From assembly GCA_028534125.1 (NCBI GenBank), contig CM052818.1, positions 25,608,001 to 25,672,000 of the forward strand: a DNA stretch of 64,000 nt, read 5' to 3'. Position numbers and translations under genes: made by a program. Below, piece by piece: positions 1 through 13,553 of this stretch (positions within the stretch are counted from its first letter, which is position 1; every line of letters starts with the position of its first letter). Source of the stretch: Lama glama (lineage: Eukaryota). Below the pieces are notes generated by a model that ran no database searches, was not told the DNA's origin, and saw nothing but the letters and a program-made list of their open reading frames with translations.

Positions 1-241
1 GAATCATTTTAGAAGTTTATAGAGAGAATTGTAATCCAAATCTCAGTAAATTTCACAATCAGAAAGTGTTTCTGCAATTATTTCCAGGAGAACTAGAAGA
101 CATGAGATTTTTAAAAAATTTATTTAAACTGGCATGGTTTGGTTTATGAAAGCATGTATCTGGAAAATTATAAATTATTTTCACTCTTTTGTGTCATGTC
201 ACCAGAAATAAAATTGACAAATTATTGTTTTCTTTTTTCAG

Positions 242-518
242 AATTAAAATTTTAGAGATGTTTAGCACTCATAATCTCCAGTCTGTGTTCTCTCGGCTCA
301 TTGAACCTCCACACGCTGATTCTCTCCGTGCCTCAAAAATACGATTACGAGACTTGGGAGCCTTAACTCCAGATGAAAAACTGACCCCTCTAGGGTATCA
401 CTTGGCCTCTCTGCCCGTAGATGTGAGAATCGGCAAACTAATGCTGTTTGGGTCTATCTTCCGCTGTTTGGATCCTGCTCTCACCATCGCTGCCAGTTTA
501 GCTTTTAAGTCTCCTTTC
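242..518 (+). CDS. DHX57: DHX57 internal coding exon (DExH-box helicase, HA2 region); gene begins upstream of the window
   Basis: ttttttcag acceptor, gtaagt donor at 519; encodes IKILEMF...LRDLGALTPDEKLTPLGYHLASLPVDVRIGKLMLFG...AFKSPF. Confidence 0.95.
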
Positions 519-854
519 GTAAGTAAACAACATTCATCTAAACTGGAGTCCGTAAGTCTCTAAGGGGACCATGGGGGCTTCAGGGTTATGGGAGTCCCCT
601 AAAAATGTTCTTGTATGTTAATATGTGACTCTTTCAGGGCATAATGTCTATAACTGATCTGATCCTCAAAGAAATCCATGCCCCAAGTAAAGATGAAGAA
701 CTAGAGATCCAGCTTATTTAAGTATTATAAATATGCTTTTGTATGTCTGCTTTACTTGCTCCTTATAGGATTATAGGAAAATCAGAAAAAGCAAGCAAGC
801 AAAAAATGCCCTTGCATGATTTTCGAAAAACAATAAATACATTGGGCTACTTTT

Positions 855-3290
855 TCTTTTAACACTTTATTGAAATATAATGCATCCATTTAAAGTGTAC
901 AGTTTTATTAGTTTTTAGTATTGTGCAATCATCACCATAGTCAGTTTCAGAACATTTTTATCACTTCATAAAAACACCTCTTAGCTATCACTCCTATTTC
1001 CTGCCAGTCCTCCCACCACTCCAGCCCTAGGCAACCACCAGTCTCCTTTCTGTCTTCATCGGTTTGCCTCTTCTGGACATTTCGTATTAGTGAAATAGTA
1101 TAATATACAGTCTTTTGTGATCAGCTTCTTCACTTAGCATAATGCTTTTAAGATTCATCTAGTTACAGCATGTATAACATCTTTTCATTTGCTTATTGTC
1201 CATTTGTGTAACTTCTTTCAAGAAATGTCTATTTCAGGTAGTTTGCCCATTTTTTAATTGGGTTATTTGTCCTTTTATTATTGAGTTGTAAGAGTTCTTT
1301 ATATATTCTGGATATAAGTTCCTTCCAGATACATGATTTGCAAATATTTTCTCCTATATTATGGGTTGCCTTTTTCACTTTCTTGATCTATTCTTTGAAA
1401 TACAAAAGCTTTTATTTTTCTAACTTCCAGATTATCTAGTTTTTTGTTGCTTGAATTTTTGTTGTTATGATTAAGAATCCATTGCTAAATCCACAGTCAT
1501 GAAACTACATATTTTTCTAAAAGTTTTATAGGTTTAGTGCTTACATTATGGTCTTTGGTCCATTTTGAGTTAGTTTTTGTGCACAGTGTGAGGTAAGAGT
1601 CCAACTTCATTCTTTTGCTTGGACTGTGACTTTCCAGTTGTCCCAGCACCATTTATTGAAAAGACTGTTCTTTCTCCATTGAATGGTCTTGCATTCTTGT
1701 CAAATATTAATTGACCATAGATACATGAGTTTATTTCTAGATTCTTGATTCTGTTCCATTAAGTTATATAGTCTGTCCTTACACGAATTCCACAGTCTTG
1801 ATTCAAAATACAAAACTAGTTTTGTACTAAGTTTTGAAATCAGAAAGTGTGAATTCCCCAGCTTTGTTCTTTTTGGTAGTGTGTTGAGGATTTTTATGTC
1901 CATATTCATAAAAGATACTGGTCTGTAGCTTTGTTTTCTTGTGATGTTCTTGTCTGGTTTTGTATCAAGTAATACTGGCTGCGTAATGATTTGGGAAGTA
2001 TTCACTCCTCTGTTTTTTGAAGAGTTTGTGAGGAATTAATATTAATTCTTCTTAAAAAGTTTGGTAGAATTTATCAGTGAGGCCACTTGGGCTTTTCTTT
2101 GTAGGCAATTTTTTTTATTGTTATTAATTCAATCTCTTCACTTGTTAATAGGTCTATTCTAGTTATCTGTTTGAGTCTTTTTTTTTTAATTGAAGTTTAG
2201 TTAGTTTACAATGTTGTCTGTTTCTGATGTACAACATGTTTCAGTCATCCATATACATACATATATTCGTATTCTTTTTCTTTATAGGTTACTATAAGAA
2301 TTGAATTTAGTTCCCTGTGCTATACAGAAGAAACTTGTTTATGTATTTCATATATTGTAGTCAGTATCTGCAAATCTTGAACTCTCAATTTATCCCTTCC
2401 CACCCCCTTCCCCACTGGTAACCATAAGTTTGTTTTCTGTATCTGTGAGTCTCTTTCTGTTTTGTAAACAAGTTTATTTATGTCTTTTTTCAGATTCCAC
2501 ATATGAGTGATATGTGGTATTTTTCTTTCTTTGAGTTGGTTTTGATTGTATTTTTCTAGGAATTTGTCCATTTCATCTAAACTACCTAATTTACTAACAC
2601 ATAGTGTTCATAGTATTTTATAGTCCTTTTTATTTCTGAGCGGTTGGTAGTAATGTCCCCATTCTAGTAATTGGACCGTTCCCTCTCTCTCTTTTTTTTT
2701 CTCTTGATCAGTTTAGCTAAAGGTTTGTCAATTTTGTTGATCTTTTTAGAGAACCAGCTTTTGGTTTCATTGCTTTTCCCTACTGGTTTTCTGTTCCCTG
2801 TTTTATTAACTTCTGCTCTTCATTTCCTTCCTTCTGTTTGTTTCAGGTTTAGTTTGTTGTTCTTTTTCCAGTATCTTAAGGTAGAAGTTTAGATTATTGG
2901 TTTGAGATTTTTCTTCTTTTTCAGTATAAACATACACACACAGCTATAAATTTTCTTTTACAGACTGCTTTAGCAGCATCCCATAAGTTTTGGTATGTTG
3001 TGTCTCCTTTTTCATTCAAGTATTTTCTGATATCCCTTTTTATTCTTCTATGACTCATTGGTTATTAGGTATGTGTTTAATGTCCATGTATCTATGAGTT
3101 TCCTAATTTTTTTCTATTATTGATTTCTAATTTCATTCTGTTTGGTCAAAGAACATACTTTGTATTATTTCAGTCCTTTAAAACTTAACTAAGCTTTGTA
3201 TTATGGCCAAGCATATGCTCTGTCCTGGAGAGTGTTCCACGTAGACTTGAGGAGAAGGAGTACTCAGCTGTTGTTGGGTAGAGTGTTGTG
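855..3290 (-). mobile_element. Degenerate LINE-1 fragments (antisense), with a nested younger L1 3' end at about 2180-2530
   Basis: Minus-strand ORF pieces resemble L1 ORF2 (e.g. YRPVSFMNMDIKILN, MDKFLEKYN); T-rich tail orientation. Confidence 0.85.
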
Positions 3291-4333
3291 CTGCCTTTAT
3301 TTTCCCCATGGCTTATCTCACGTAGATAGAGGAATAGATAGATGCAGTGATATTCTTCAGTTTTAATGTTATACTTCACGGAATTGTAAACTCACAGATC
3401 TGCAGAGGGATCTCAGTTCAGCTCTCTCACTTAACATGACAAAACTAAGGGCCAGACTGGGTGCTATAGCTTGCCAGGGACAGTCAGTATTGTGGTGAAC
3501 AAGACCTCCATTACCTATTTCTCAGATTGTCTAAATAACCTCTCACTGGCTGTTTTCTTTCACTGAAATACAGAAAATTTTTCATCCTTAGCCAAAACTG
3601 AATACTTGCCCTTTGCTGGACTCTGTAAACATAACATTAACCTCCCAGATGTAATCCTTTTCCCATTGACCTTCCTAAAAAGGAAAGAATTTTATTTTCT
3701 ACTTGAAATTGTTGTTGGCTATAAAGGTATTCAGATATACAAAAATTAAAAGAGATGCACCATAGGTGGTTTAGAATGAATCATTTAGAATGATACAGTG
3801 AGGGCCTCGGAGTGACTTGCTCTGAGGAGCTACTGCAGGTGTCTCTAGTATATGTCTGTTGCCGTGGGAGAAGGCAGTGCAAATTAAGTTCTCAGCTAGT
3901 TTTACTAATTTGTAGGGAAAAGGAGGACCTGTCGACATTCATTTTTAAAAACTAAAAAACATGAAGTATGGGTATAGAAATAGGGGAGACTCAGGTATAA
4001 AAGATGAATAAGAATCTGTGAAATAAAGATACCACAGAGGTAACAGAATCTTAGATTTTAGATGTAGCTTTTAAATGAGTGATTCTTTGATGACCTCTTG
4101 CCACTAGGAAGTAAAAGATCCAGTAGAGGTTATTTTGGGTGGGCAGACTCACAAGGACAGGGAGGACTGTTCGCTTGTCACTTAAATCACCGTAATTACT
4201 TTTAAAGCAGCCACCCACTGTGCACCCTGTTCCACATAAAACTCTTCCCAAGGCACCTGGCTTCAGCAGTAGGAAAGTGCCATTTGAAACCTCAGATAAT
4301 ATGTGTCCTTCACACCTGCTTTTCCTCATGTAG

Positions 4334-4429
4334 GTCTCTCCCTGGGATAAAAAAGAGGAAGCTAACCAGAAAAAGCTAGAATTTGCATTTGCAAACAGTG
4401 ATTATCTGGCCCTCCTACGAGCATATAAG
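4334..4429 (+). CDS. DHX57: DHX57 coding exon (96 bp)
   Basis: tag|...|gtacgt; VSPWDKKEEANQKKLEFAFANSDYLALLRAYK continues the frame. Confidence 0.95.
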
Positions 4430-4516
4430 GTACGTATATAACCTAATAGCTGAGGTTGTTACCAGAGTTGGCACTAAAGACAGAGTAAGTTCATTTTGAT
4501 TTTCTCCAAAATTTAG

Positions 4517-4600
4517 GGATGGCAGCTAAGTACGAAAGAAGGGATGCGTGCAAGTTACAATTACTGCAGACAAAACTTCTTGTCCGGAAGAGTTCTTCAG
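4517..4600 (+). CDS. DHX57: DHX57 coding exon (84 bp, after an 87-bp intron)
   Basis: tag|...|gtgagt; GWQLSTKEGMRASYNYCRQNFLSGRVLQ. Confidence 0.95.
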
Positions 4601-5646
4601 GTGAGTTGTGGAAATTTGTTTTCATTCATTTTCTATTGTAGTAGCATGCTGGAGGGGGTTGAAATTTTATCTTGCTTGTCCTGCCTTGACATTGAAAATG
4701 TTATTTTTGGAACTTGCTTGGCTTTACCCTCTGTGTACAACAGACTCCTGAGCTATGACATCAGGCCTTCTGTGTGGAACCTTTCAACTGACTTGTTTTG
4801 CCTCTTTTCAGTGAATGTGTGTTTACTTATGTGGAGGCTAGGGGAATGTAGGCACTCTGAAGATTGCTGTTCACTGGAAGTCAGTTTTTTTAGTAATTAA
4901 ACCAAGCATCCTTAACCTGGATCCATAAATCACAAAATTATATGCAAAGTCATATTTATACAGATGTGCATTATCCTGGAGAAAGGGATCAGAGCTTTCA
5001 TTGGATTCTCAAAGTGGTCTATGACTGTCCCAAACTCCCTACCCTCTCCCCAAAACCAAAGAACGAATACTCAAACGGATTCTAATTCTTCTGCTGTCCA
5101 TCAGAGGCTACATGTCAATAGTGAGTACACAAGGAAGAGAAAGGTTTCTTATCTTCTATGTATTAATAGACAGAGCTCTGTCTTCTGTCATGACAATATT
5201 TTAGGCTTCCTTCCAGAGTGGCATGAAAAGCTCGAATAATGACAGGGCATATCTTTATAAAGCATCTATTTTATTCAGAGATTTGAGGCTGAGGGGAGGA
5301 CTTTACTCTCATATTAGAACATATGCTGGAGTAGGACACAAAATTAATGTTCGTGGTACTTACCACTGTCTGCCATCTGTTTATCTCTCCACCCCCTAAG
5401 CTCCATCTGAGCAGAGATCTTACCTCTTTTGTTCAATACTGTGTCTCCAGTGCTTAGAATAGTACTCTGCACATAGTTGATGCTCAGTAAAATTCACTCA
5501 ATGGATGAATTTGGTTGTTTGAAATGAAGTAAGATACCTCAGAACCATCCCAGTATCTGCCTTCATTCTCCTCTGCCGTTAGGTGTACTACAGTGAGACA
5601 TCGTCAGGAGACAAAGTCTCTAGTATTATTCTAAGTACAACAAAAG

Positions 5647-5840
5647 CAGTGATTTTCAGTCCTGGCTACACAGTAGATTCACTTGAAGAAGCTTAAAAAA
5701 ATTAAGTAAAAATGCCTAGGTTCCATCCCAGGCGAATTACATCTGGAGCTCTAGGGGTGGGGCCTGGGCATCTGTTCACTTGCCTTGTTGTTGGGTTCAC
5801 CAAGTGATTCTAACGTGCAGCCAGGGTTGAGAACCACTGG
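5647..5840. mobile_element. MER5-like hAT-Charlie DNA transposon fossil
   Basis: Ends cagtgattttca...gagaaccactg; about 190 bp. Confidence 0.65.
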
Positions 5841-6829
5841 TCTAAAGGGTATTTTTTATGTAAGGTACAGTAATTATTTCCTTGAGTCATTAAGATTTTT
5901 AAGCATAAAATGATATTTCTCTTATTTTTTAACTATATTTATTCTTTTTCTTTAGGATATATGTAGATTTTGTTGTGATCTGTGAGGTCCATCAGTTACG
6001 TATTTTCACTCAACTCCAGCTTAAATGATAGGATTAGTTTTATTAAGTATCAATTAAAAAATTAATTGTCATGAAATAGAGCTCTGATATGTTTAACTCC
6101 TAGTTACATTTTGCCATGTTATCCATGTGTACTTGAGACATTCCAAGAAAATACCCAGTGTCATCCAGAGACAAGGTGGCAGTGCTTAGCTCAGTTCCTT
6201 GCAGTATCTTCTTCTCTGTTGTCTGATACACAGCCTGTATTTGAACAGAAGCTGGAAGAGAGGTTTGCGCTTTCTTTCTCACACTTGTGCTGAACTACAG
6301 AAAGGGGTGTCTAAATCTAAACCACTTAATACTGTCCCTAGTCCTAGGAAATGACACCAGGTAAGAGAAAGAGGGAAAGTGCTGCATCCATTGAGAGCGA
6401 ACATGAAGCACTCCAGGCTCAGGTAAGGGACTAACAGGACCTGAGCAGGACGGAAGTAGGAAGAACTAGACAGTGTCATGTACCTTGGGTTGGAGTTCCA
6501 GACAAAGTCAACTACATTTCTGGCTGTCCTAAGAATTTCTGAGAAAAATCAGACCTACCCAAAATCCAATGAATGTTTTTTTAAGGTAATCTAGAATTAA
6601 ATGATCTTTGGGTTTTTTCAGATTTCTGCATTTCTATGTAATTATTTTTACTCTGCTGGTTTGTGTAAATGAAAACTGCCCTCTTGGAAATGGACAAGAT
6701 AATCTTCATTCCTGTTTGATGAACCCATATGCACCTCATTACTAGCCACTGAACTAACACATTTTTGTAGTCATTCTTACTTTTGATACATTGATGCCCC
6801 TGCTTAAAGATTTTCTCCACTTCTTCCAG

Positions 6830-6967
6830 GAAATGGCCAGCCTCAAACGACAATTCACTGAACTGTTGTCAGATATAGGCTTTGTAAAGGAGGGGCTCCG
6901 AGCAAGGGAAATTGAGAAAAGGGCCCAAGGAGGAGGAGACGGTATCTTGGATGCCACAGGAGAAGAG
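6830..6967 (+). CDS. DHX57: DHX57 coding exon (138 bp)
   Basis: ttcttccag|...|gtacag; EMASLKRQFTELLSDIGFVKEGLRAREIEKRAQGGGDGILDATGEE. Confidence 0.95.
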
Positions 6968-7635
6968 GTACAGAATGTGTAGTTAGCTCTTATTTCTCCT
7001 TAATGATCACATGCATATTACCTCAGCATCACTGGTAGGCATTCTTCCCTTAAGCCCTCTACACAGTGAGTGAGCAGCATTCTTGATTTTCCTCTTTCTA
7101 CAAATAAATGTCAGCTAACGCTCATAAAAATAGAATTGTTTTACTGTTAAAAAACAAAAACAGAAGCAACAATTAAGTTTCACACTAGTTCTTAGTAAGT
7201 CGATCAGAGGTAGAATAGACTTTCCAATAATGTCTTAAATCAGACCAGCCTTTTTACAACCAAGGATAGTTTTTATTTAACTAGAGGACGAACACTTCAA
7301 GGTGAACCTGATGCTGCTCTGTTCTAAGTGTAGTTAGTACTTTCTGGAGATTGTGAACATCTCATGGACCAGAATCTTTCCAGTGATCCTTAGGAACACT
7401 GGTTTTGCAACTGCTTTGCAGAGATCTAGAAAGTTATTATGGGCTTCTTGGAATGGGTCCTGTGTGAATGTGGTCCAGTAGATTTTTTTTTACTTAGAAA
7501 GGAATAATTTTTCTAGCAAAGTGTAGAAGTTAGATGCTTTTCTTTTAAGATAGAAAACAAAAGAAATATAACAGTAAATTCCAGGGCACAAATAGCCACA
7601 TTACTTATAAGATTAATGCTGTATTTCCCTCATAG

Positions 7636-7710
7636 GCAAACTCAAATGCTGAGAACCCCAAGCTGATATCAGCAATGCTGTGTGCTGCTCTGTATCCAAA
7701 TGTGGTGCAG
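7636..7710 (+). CDS. DHX57: DHX57 coding exon (75 bp)
   Basis: catag|...|gtaatg; ANSNAENPKLISAMLCAALYPNVVQ. Confidence 0.95.
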
Positions 7711-9656
7711 GTAATGAAATACTTTTCCTGGGTCCTGGCACTTCTTGTTTGACTTGTAGCCAATGGCTATAACTTAAGACATGCACATTGATCATCTTAA
7801 AGATATATACACACATACAACCTGTTAAACTTAGTACACATTTTCAATCCTTCAGTTCTCCAGTGTGTTTAGACACATCATTCAAGAACACATTTATTAT
7901 ATAAAATGAGGTGCCTCTGTAATCCTTCTGACGTATGACACTCCAGAAATTAAAATGGACCAATGTCACTCTGTCAGCCAGTCTGTGCATAACTAACCCT
8001 CTGTGTTAGATAGAAACTTGATTCTACTGCAGTTTCCCTTATGCCTTCTACTCCGGATGAGAAATAAATAAGAACAAAATCCAACAAGTCAGCATTTTAC
8101 CATGGGACCACCTGTGACTCCCCCCTCTTCTGGAAACCCTACCTGAATGTGCTGTTAGACTTTTACCTGAGTTTCATCCAGTCCTTGTCAAACTTAGAAT
8201 TTGAGTTTGTCAGAGTACTGAATCACTTAATTTTTTGTTAAGTGCTCGGTTGACATCTGATTCATTTATGGCTTATTTTTCCTTAGTACTTGTATGCTTT
8301 TTAAACCATTTGAAATTTACTTTAAAAAACTATTTGGAGCAAAAGTATGGAGACAAAAAATTAGGGGGTGGGGGGATGAATAAGCAGAACACATAAGATT
8401 TTTAGGGCAGTAAAAATACTGTGCATGACACCATAATAATGGAAACATGCCACCCACTTGCCCAAACCCATAGACTATACAACAACACAAGTGAACCTGA
8501 GTGTCAGGTATGGACTTGGGTGGTTGTGGTGTGACAGGTCTTTAAAAATTATAATACTGGTGCTGTCATAAGTCCCCCAAAATGAATACTGTCACTGTTG
8601 GTAAGAATATAACTTGATCTATCCCCTAGGTAGCAGTTTCACTTCTAAGGATTTATTACCTGGAAATAATGCATATGTACATAAAGATACAGCTAGGAGA
8701 ATGTTTGCAAGTATAAACAGCACTTGAATGAACAATCTAAAATTCCAATAATAGGGAATTTATTGGTTAAATTTATATATCATTACAATGAAGTACTATA
8801 TAGCCATTGAGAATGGTGGTTTTAGGAAAAAATTCAGCATGGAAAAATGTTAAATATTAAGTTTAAAAAGATTATAGAAAATGATCCTGTATTAATTTTA
8901 ACATATATATTGTGTTTGAGTTTCTCCATTTCTATATATAAATATAAGTCTAACAGAAAACTAAAATATTTATCAGACATTAATGTTGGTTATTTCTTAA
9001 TCATGTGATTACAAGAGATCTGTATTTTTTTCCCTTTTTTTTCCATCAAAGTATGGTTGATTTACAAGACTGTGTTACTTTCAGGTGTATAGCAAAGTGG
9101 ATCAGTTGTATTTTTTCAGAATATAGTTTATTACAGTTATGTTTTTTCAGATTTTCCATTGTAGGTTATTACAAGATACTGAATATTGTTCCCTGTGTTA
9201 TTACAATACCAAAGTTATTTTCTACAGTAAACATGTAGATGTGTGTGTGCGCATAAACTTCATTTATTAAAAATGAAACAGTGTTAATTCATATAATTTT
9301 TTCCATTATTTTGAAAGAAATTCATTTGGAAATACTGGACTGGGATTGTCAGCAGATTCCAGTGTTGCCAGCTGGATTTCTTTACCTGATAATCAGTGTA
9401 GACCTGAAATGTTCCACATGGTTTCTCCCCCACATGGCTAGTGTGTGGTATAGTCACCCGGAGCTACTCACCTACGCCCACAGTTCTTCCTGGATAAAAA
9501 AAGAAAAAAAATTCCACTTAACTGCTTTCAAAAGGAAACTAGGTGAGAAAGGGAAGAAACAGGAAAGGCATTCAAATAAGACTGGTTTTGTGTCAAGGGA
9601 TATCCTACAACGGAGATACGTACACACATCTGTTTTTACAAATACCTGTTGTTTAG

Positions 9657-9791
9657 GTGAAAAGCCCAGAAGGGAAGTTTCAAAAGACCAGTACCGGAGC
9701 TGTCAGAATGCAACCAAAATCAGATGAGCTGAAGTTTGTCACCAAGAACGATGGATATGTACACATTCACCCTTCATCAGTGAACTACCAG
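9657..9791 (+). CDS. DHX57: DHX57 coding exon (135 bp, OB-fold region)
   Basis: gtttag|...|gtcagg; VKSPEGKFQ...DGYVHIHPSSVNYQ, with the HPSS motif of DEAH/RHA helicase OB-folds. Confidence 0.95.
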
Positions 9792-9814
9792 GTCAGGACG
9801 GCTGGGTATACTTA

Positions 9815-9940
9815 CATCAGGTTCCACACTCAGAGATTCAACCGACAACGGATCATGAAGTACTGTAGTATTTACGGTTGGAAAAAAAATCCCAGTATAA
9901 GTGCAGTTCAAATCCATGTTGTTCACGGGTCAACTGTATT
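9815..9940. mobile_element. Tigger-like DNA transposon end
   Basis: Terminal sequence gttgttcacgggtcaactgta. Confidence 0.55.
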
Positions 9941-10169
9941 TAGGTTCTGGGGTGAGAAACAGCCCCTTCAGTTCAGCCAAACCCTGTTCTATCACTCGCT
10001 GACCCAGGCAGCACCACTGACTCGGGGAAGGTTGAATAAGCACAGACTTACTAGAAACTGAACTACTAAGTCTGCTTTCAGATACAAAATTGTTTCTTTG
10101 CAGTGGCGATTTAAGAGGTCCCAATGTAGCCATCGTTGCGTCTGCACTCTAAAAGGTGGTGACCTGTAC

Positions 10170-12930
10170 ATGCTGATCTGCTCTCGCTCATCCTTCAGCC
10201 CATTGCTGGGAGGCTTCTGCCCCCACACCTCTATTAAACTCATCAGAAGTCATAAATAACCTGTTTGTCAAATCTAGGGAACAATTCCTTAGTTCTCATC
10301 ATTCTTGACGCATGTAGTATTTGACATTGCTGGCTTCCCTACCTCTCTACGCTCTCTTTGACGGTTTTTTGCTTCCAAAATGGCTTTCTTCTCTCTGATC
10401 ATCCCCCTCTGTCTCCTGTACTAGAGTCTCTTCCCATGCTCTAAGGTAGTGGTTCTGTCCGTGTCCTTGTCCACATCCTTATTTTCTCACTGTCATGTGC
10501 AGTCTTCCTGAATCACCAGAGCACACTGTGTTCTAACTGCCGCCTCCGTGCTGACAGACCCCACATCTCTCTCTCTCTGGTCCTGGGCTCTGAGCTCTCT
10601 TGCTAGAAATCACCTGGATACCCTCTGGAGTCACCTCAAACTCAAAAGCTGGAAAAGCAAACTTACTGTCTCCTAATTCACTCTGTGTGTTCTCTGTCTT
10701 GGTGAAATGGCACCATCCAGATTGGAACCCTGGAGCCACACAGAGCCTGCTTCTTCTCTCCTGACACCAGTCTAGTTGGTCACCAGGTCCCAGCAGTTCC
10801 CCCTTTTTCCACATCTCTCAGACATGCCTACTCCCCTTGTCCCCACTGCTGTTTACTCAGTTCAAACCCCGAACATCTGTCTCTCACCTGAAGTACTAAT
10901 CTTACTTCTGGTGCTTTCTTTCTCCAACCTTTTACACTACTGCCAGAATCATCTCTACAAAACATACATTTGATCACATCACGCCCTTGCTTAAAACTCT
11001 TCGAATGTGGCAGCTACTGCAGACTCTCACATGACCCTTCACGTCTAGCCCCTTCTTAGACCACATCTCCCCCAACCTCCTCCTTCTGTCATTCTTTATG
11101 CTCCAGCAATACCAGACAACCAACCGTGCCCTCAGATGCCATGACACAGGACACACTGTTCCCTAGGCCTGGAATGGCGTGCTCATTCCCCAGCAGGCAC
11201 CTACTTGTCCTCCAGGCTTCCATTAACCACCACTTCCCCAGTGACCCTCTCTGTCTGAGTTGCTTCCACTCCTGTTCCCACCGTACAATGTGCATTTGTC
11301 CACTGTTGCACTTACCACATTATTTTACAGTTTATGGTATGTCTCATCCTTGGAGTTGTGAAATTCCTGAGGACAGAAGTTGAATTTTATTCATTTCTAC
11401 ATTCTTGATGTCTACCATGGTGCCTAGGTGTCATAGCTGAAAGCAGATGCTCAGTAAAGCTTTGGGGAGAGATGAAGGAGAAAAAAAGGAAAGGATGGTG
11501 GAAGAGAGTTTGACGTGTTAGGGCTGGTCAGCCCCTGGAACTATTGACTAAAGTGTCAGCAAAGCATGAAAAAAATCTCCTTAAGCTCAGAAGAGTTTGA
11601 GGACCAGGAGGTCACCTGCCCACTCAGCTGCGTGCGCTCTTAGGAACCAGGGGCCTGAGTTACCTCCACACCTCCTCTCCCTTGTTTCCATGACATTTCT
11701 GCAATGAGTCCAAATCCTTCCTGCCTCCATCAGTATCTGCTAGCACCTCCTCTGTGCCAGGTGTCGCTGAAGGCCAGGAAGAGAGCGGAGCTTGGGGAGA
11801 CGAGCTCTTTGCCCTCAGGGAGCTTACTTTCTAGTGGGGAAGTCAGGCAAGAGACAAGTCATGTCAGGTTAATGACAGATTTTATGAAGAAAATAAGACA
11901 GTAAGGTTGAGTATGACAGGAGAGGGGCTTTTTTTTTTTTTAACTTATTTAACTATAGTTGACTTACAGTATCGTGTTAAGTTTCAGGTGTATAGCTTCA
12001 GATTCTTTTCCATTATAGGTCATCACAAGATATTGACTGTATTTCCCTGTGCTATACAGTAAATCCTTGTTTATCTGTTTTATAAATACAGTGGTATAGA
12101 TCTGTTAATCCTAACGGAAACTCCTAATTGATCCCTCCCCCTTCCCAAGAGGGGCTGTTTTCCATAGAGTGGTCAGGGAAGACCTCTGAGAAAACAACAG
12201 ATCCTAGATGAGATGAAAGGCAAGTCATGCAGATGTCTAAAGAGAACATCCCAAGCAGAGGAGATGAGCGCGAAGTCTAAGAGATGGGCACGTTGAGTAT
12301 GCTCCAGGAAACGCAGGACGGCGGCCAGTACACACAGCGGGGAGGGTTAGGGGTGCAAGTGGTAGGTGAGTTGGCACCAGCAGGCAGGGGAAGGTTGCAT
12401 AGGACCTTGTAATCCATGGTCAGGATTTGAGATCTTACCCTTGGGAAATCTCTAGAGGGTTTGGAGCCCTAACTGGACTTGTTTTTAAAAGGTCACTGTG
12501 GCCACTGTGTAGAGAAGAGACCGAAGATGCGAAAGGGCAAGTACGTAGGCAGCCGTTGCAATGACCTCTGCGAGGTGAAGTGGTTTGTACAAGGCGGTAG
12601 CTGTAGAGGTGGTAAGAATGTCAGTTCATCGTGCCTTTTGAAAACAGAAGCCTTAGTGATGAGAGAGGTGGAGTGAGGGAAAGAACAGTCAAGGATGGCT
12701 CGTAAGTTCGGGGCTTGAGCAGCTGGGTAAGTGGGAGTGTCATTTACTGAGACGGTGAACGCTGCAGGGAGGGGAATGTCAAGAATTTTGAGAGGCTTGT
12801 TACATGTCCAAATGGAGACCGAGTGGGCAGTTGCATATATGAGTCTTGAGCTCAGGGGAAAGGTACAGGCTGAAGATAATCTGGGGAGTCACTGGACAGG
12901 TGATAGTTAAATCCTTGGGACTGGTAGAGT
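10170..12930. mobile_element. Old LINE-2 fragments in both orientations, interrupted by a short antisense L1 3' end at about 11930-12148
   Basis: L2-like sequence; the L1 piece is flanked by the direct repeat agaggggct (11921-11929, 12149-12157). Confidence 0.6.
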
Positions 12931-12971
12931 TCCCCTTATGTTGTCAGTGACATCACTGCCCTATGTTCCAG

Positions 12972-13172
12972 GTCAGGCACTTTGACAGCCCCTACCTGGT
13001 GTACCACGAGAAGATCAAAACGAGTCGGGTGTTCATCCGAGACTGCAGCATGGTGTCTGTGTACCCACTGGTCTTGTTTGGAGGAGGCCAAGTGCATGTG
13101 CAGCTTCAAAGGGGAGAGTTCGTTGTCTCCTTGGATGATGGTTGGATCCGTTTTGCAGCTGCTTCTCATCAG
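12972..13172 (+). CDS. DHX57: DHX57 penultimate coding exon (201 bp)
   Basis: ccag|...|gtagga; VRHFDSPYLVYHEKIKTSRVFIRDCSMVSVYPLVLFGG...DDGWIRFAAASHQ. Confidence 0.95.
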
Positions 13173-13553
13173 GTAGGAGATAACGAAGTCTGTCCTGTGA
13201 GGTTCAGGAAAGGTTTAAGGCAGACGCTGTCAGTGAGGTGTTGGAGCTTACTGTTATACAAATATATGTTCAAAGAAAAATCAAAATAGAGATGAGCAAA
13301 AATAAATCATCCTGATTCCACAACTACCATTTAAAAAATTAAAGATAATGGTTCTGAATTTTTTTTTCACTCTCAGGTCTCAATTATTCACTGTATGGAA
13401 TCGTGAGAAAACATTTAAGGGGGGAGTATATTTTTAAGAACTAAAAACTCATTTTAACATTTACAGCTGTCAGAAATCTATTGCAAGAAACAGAAATACC
13501 ATCTCAGAAGATTAACAGGAATTTATTGGTGTATGTAACTAAAGTCTGAGAGC

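Noticed and set aside
1700..3379. ORFs in the first DHX57 intron shown, and similar ones at 20.8-24.1, 40.4-41.7 and 59.1-59.7 kb
   Set aside because: Broken LINE-1 remnants or their antisense readings.
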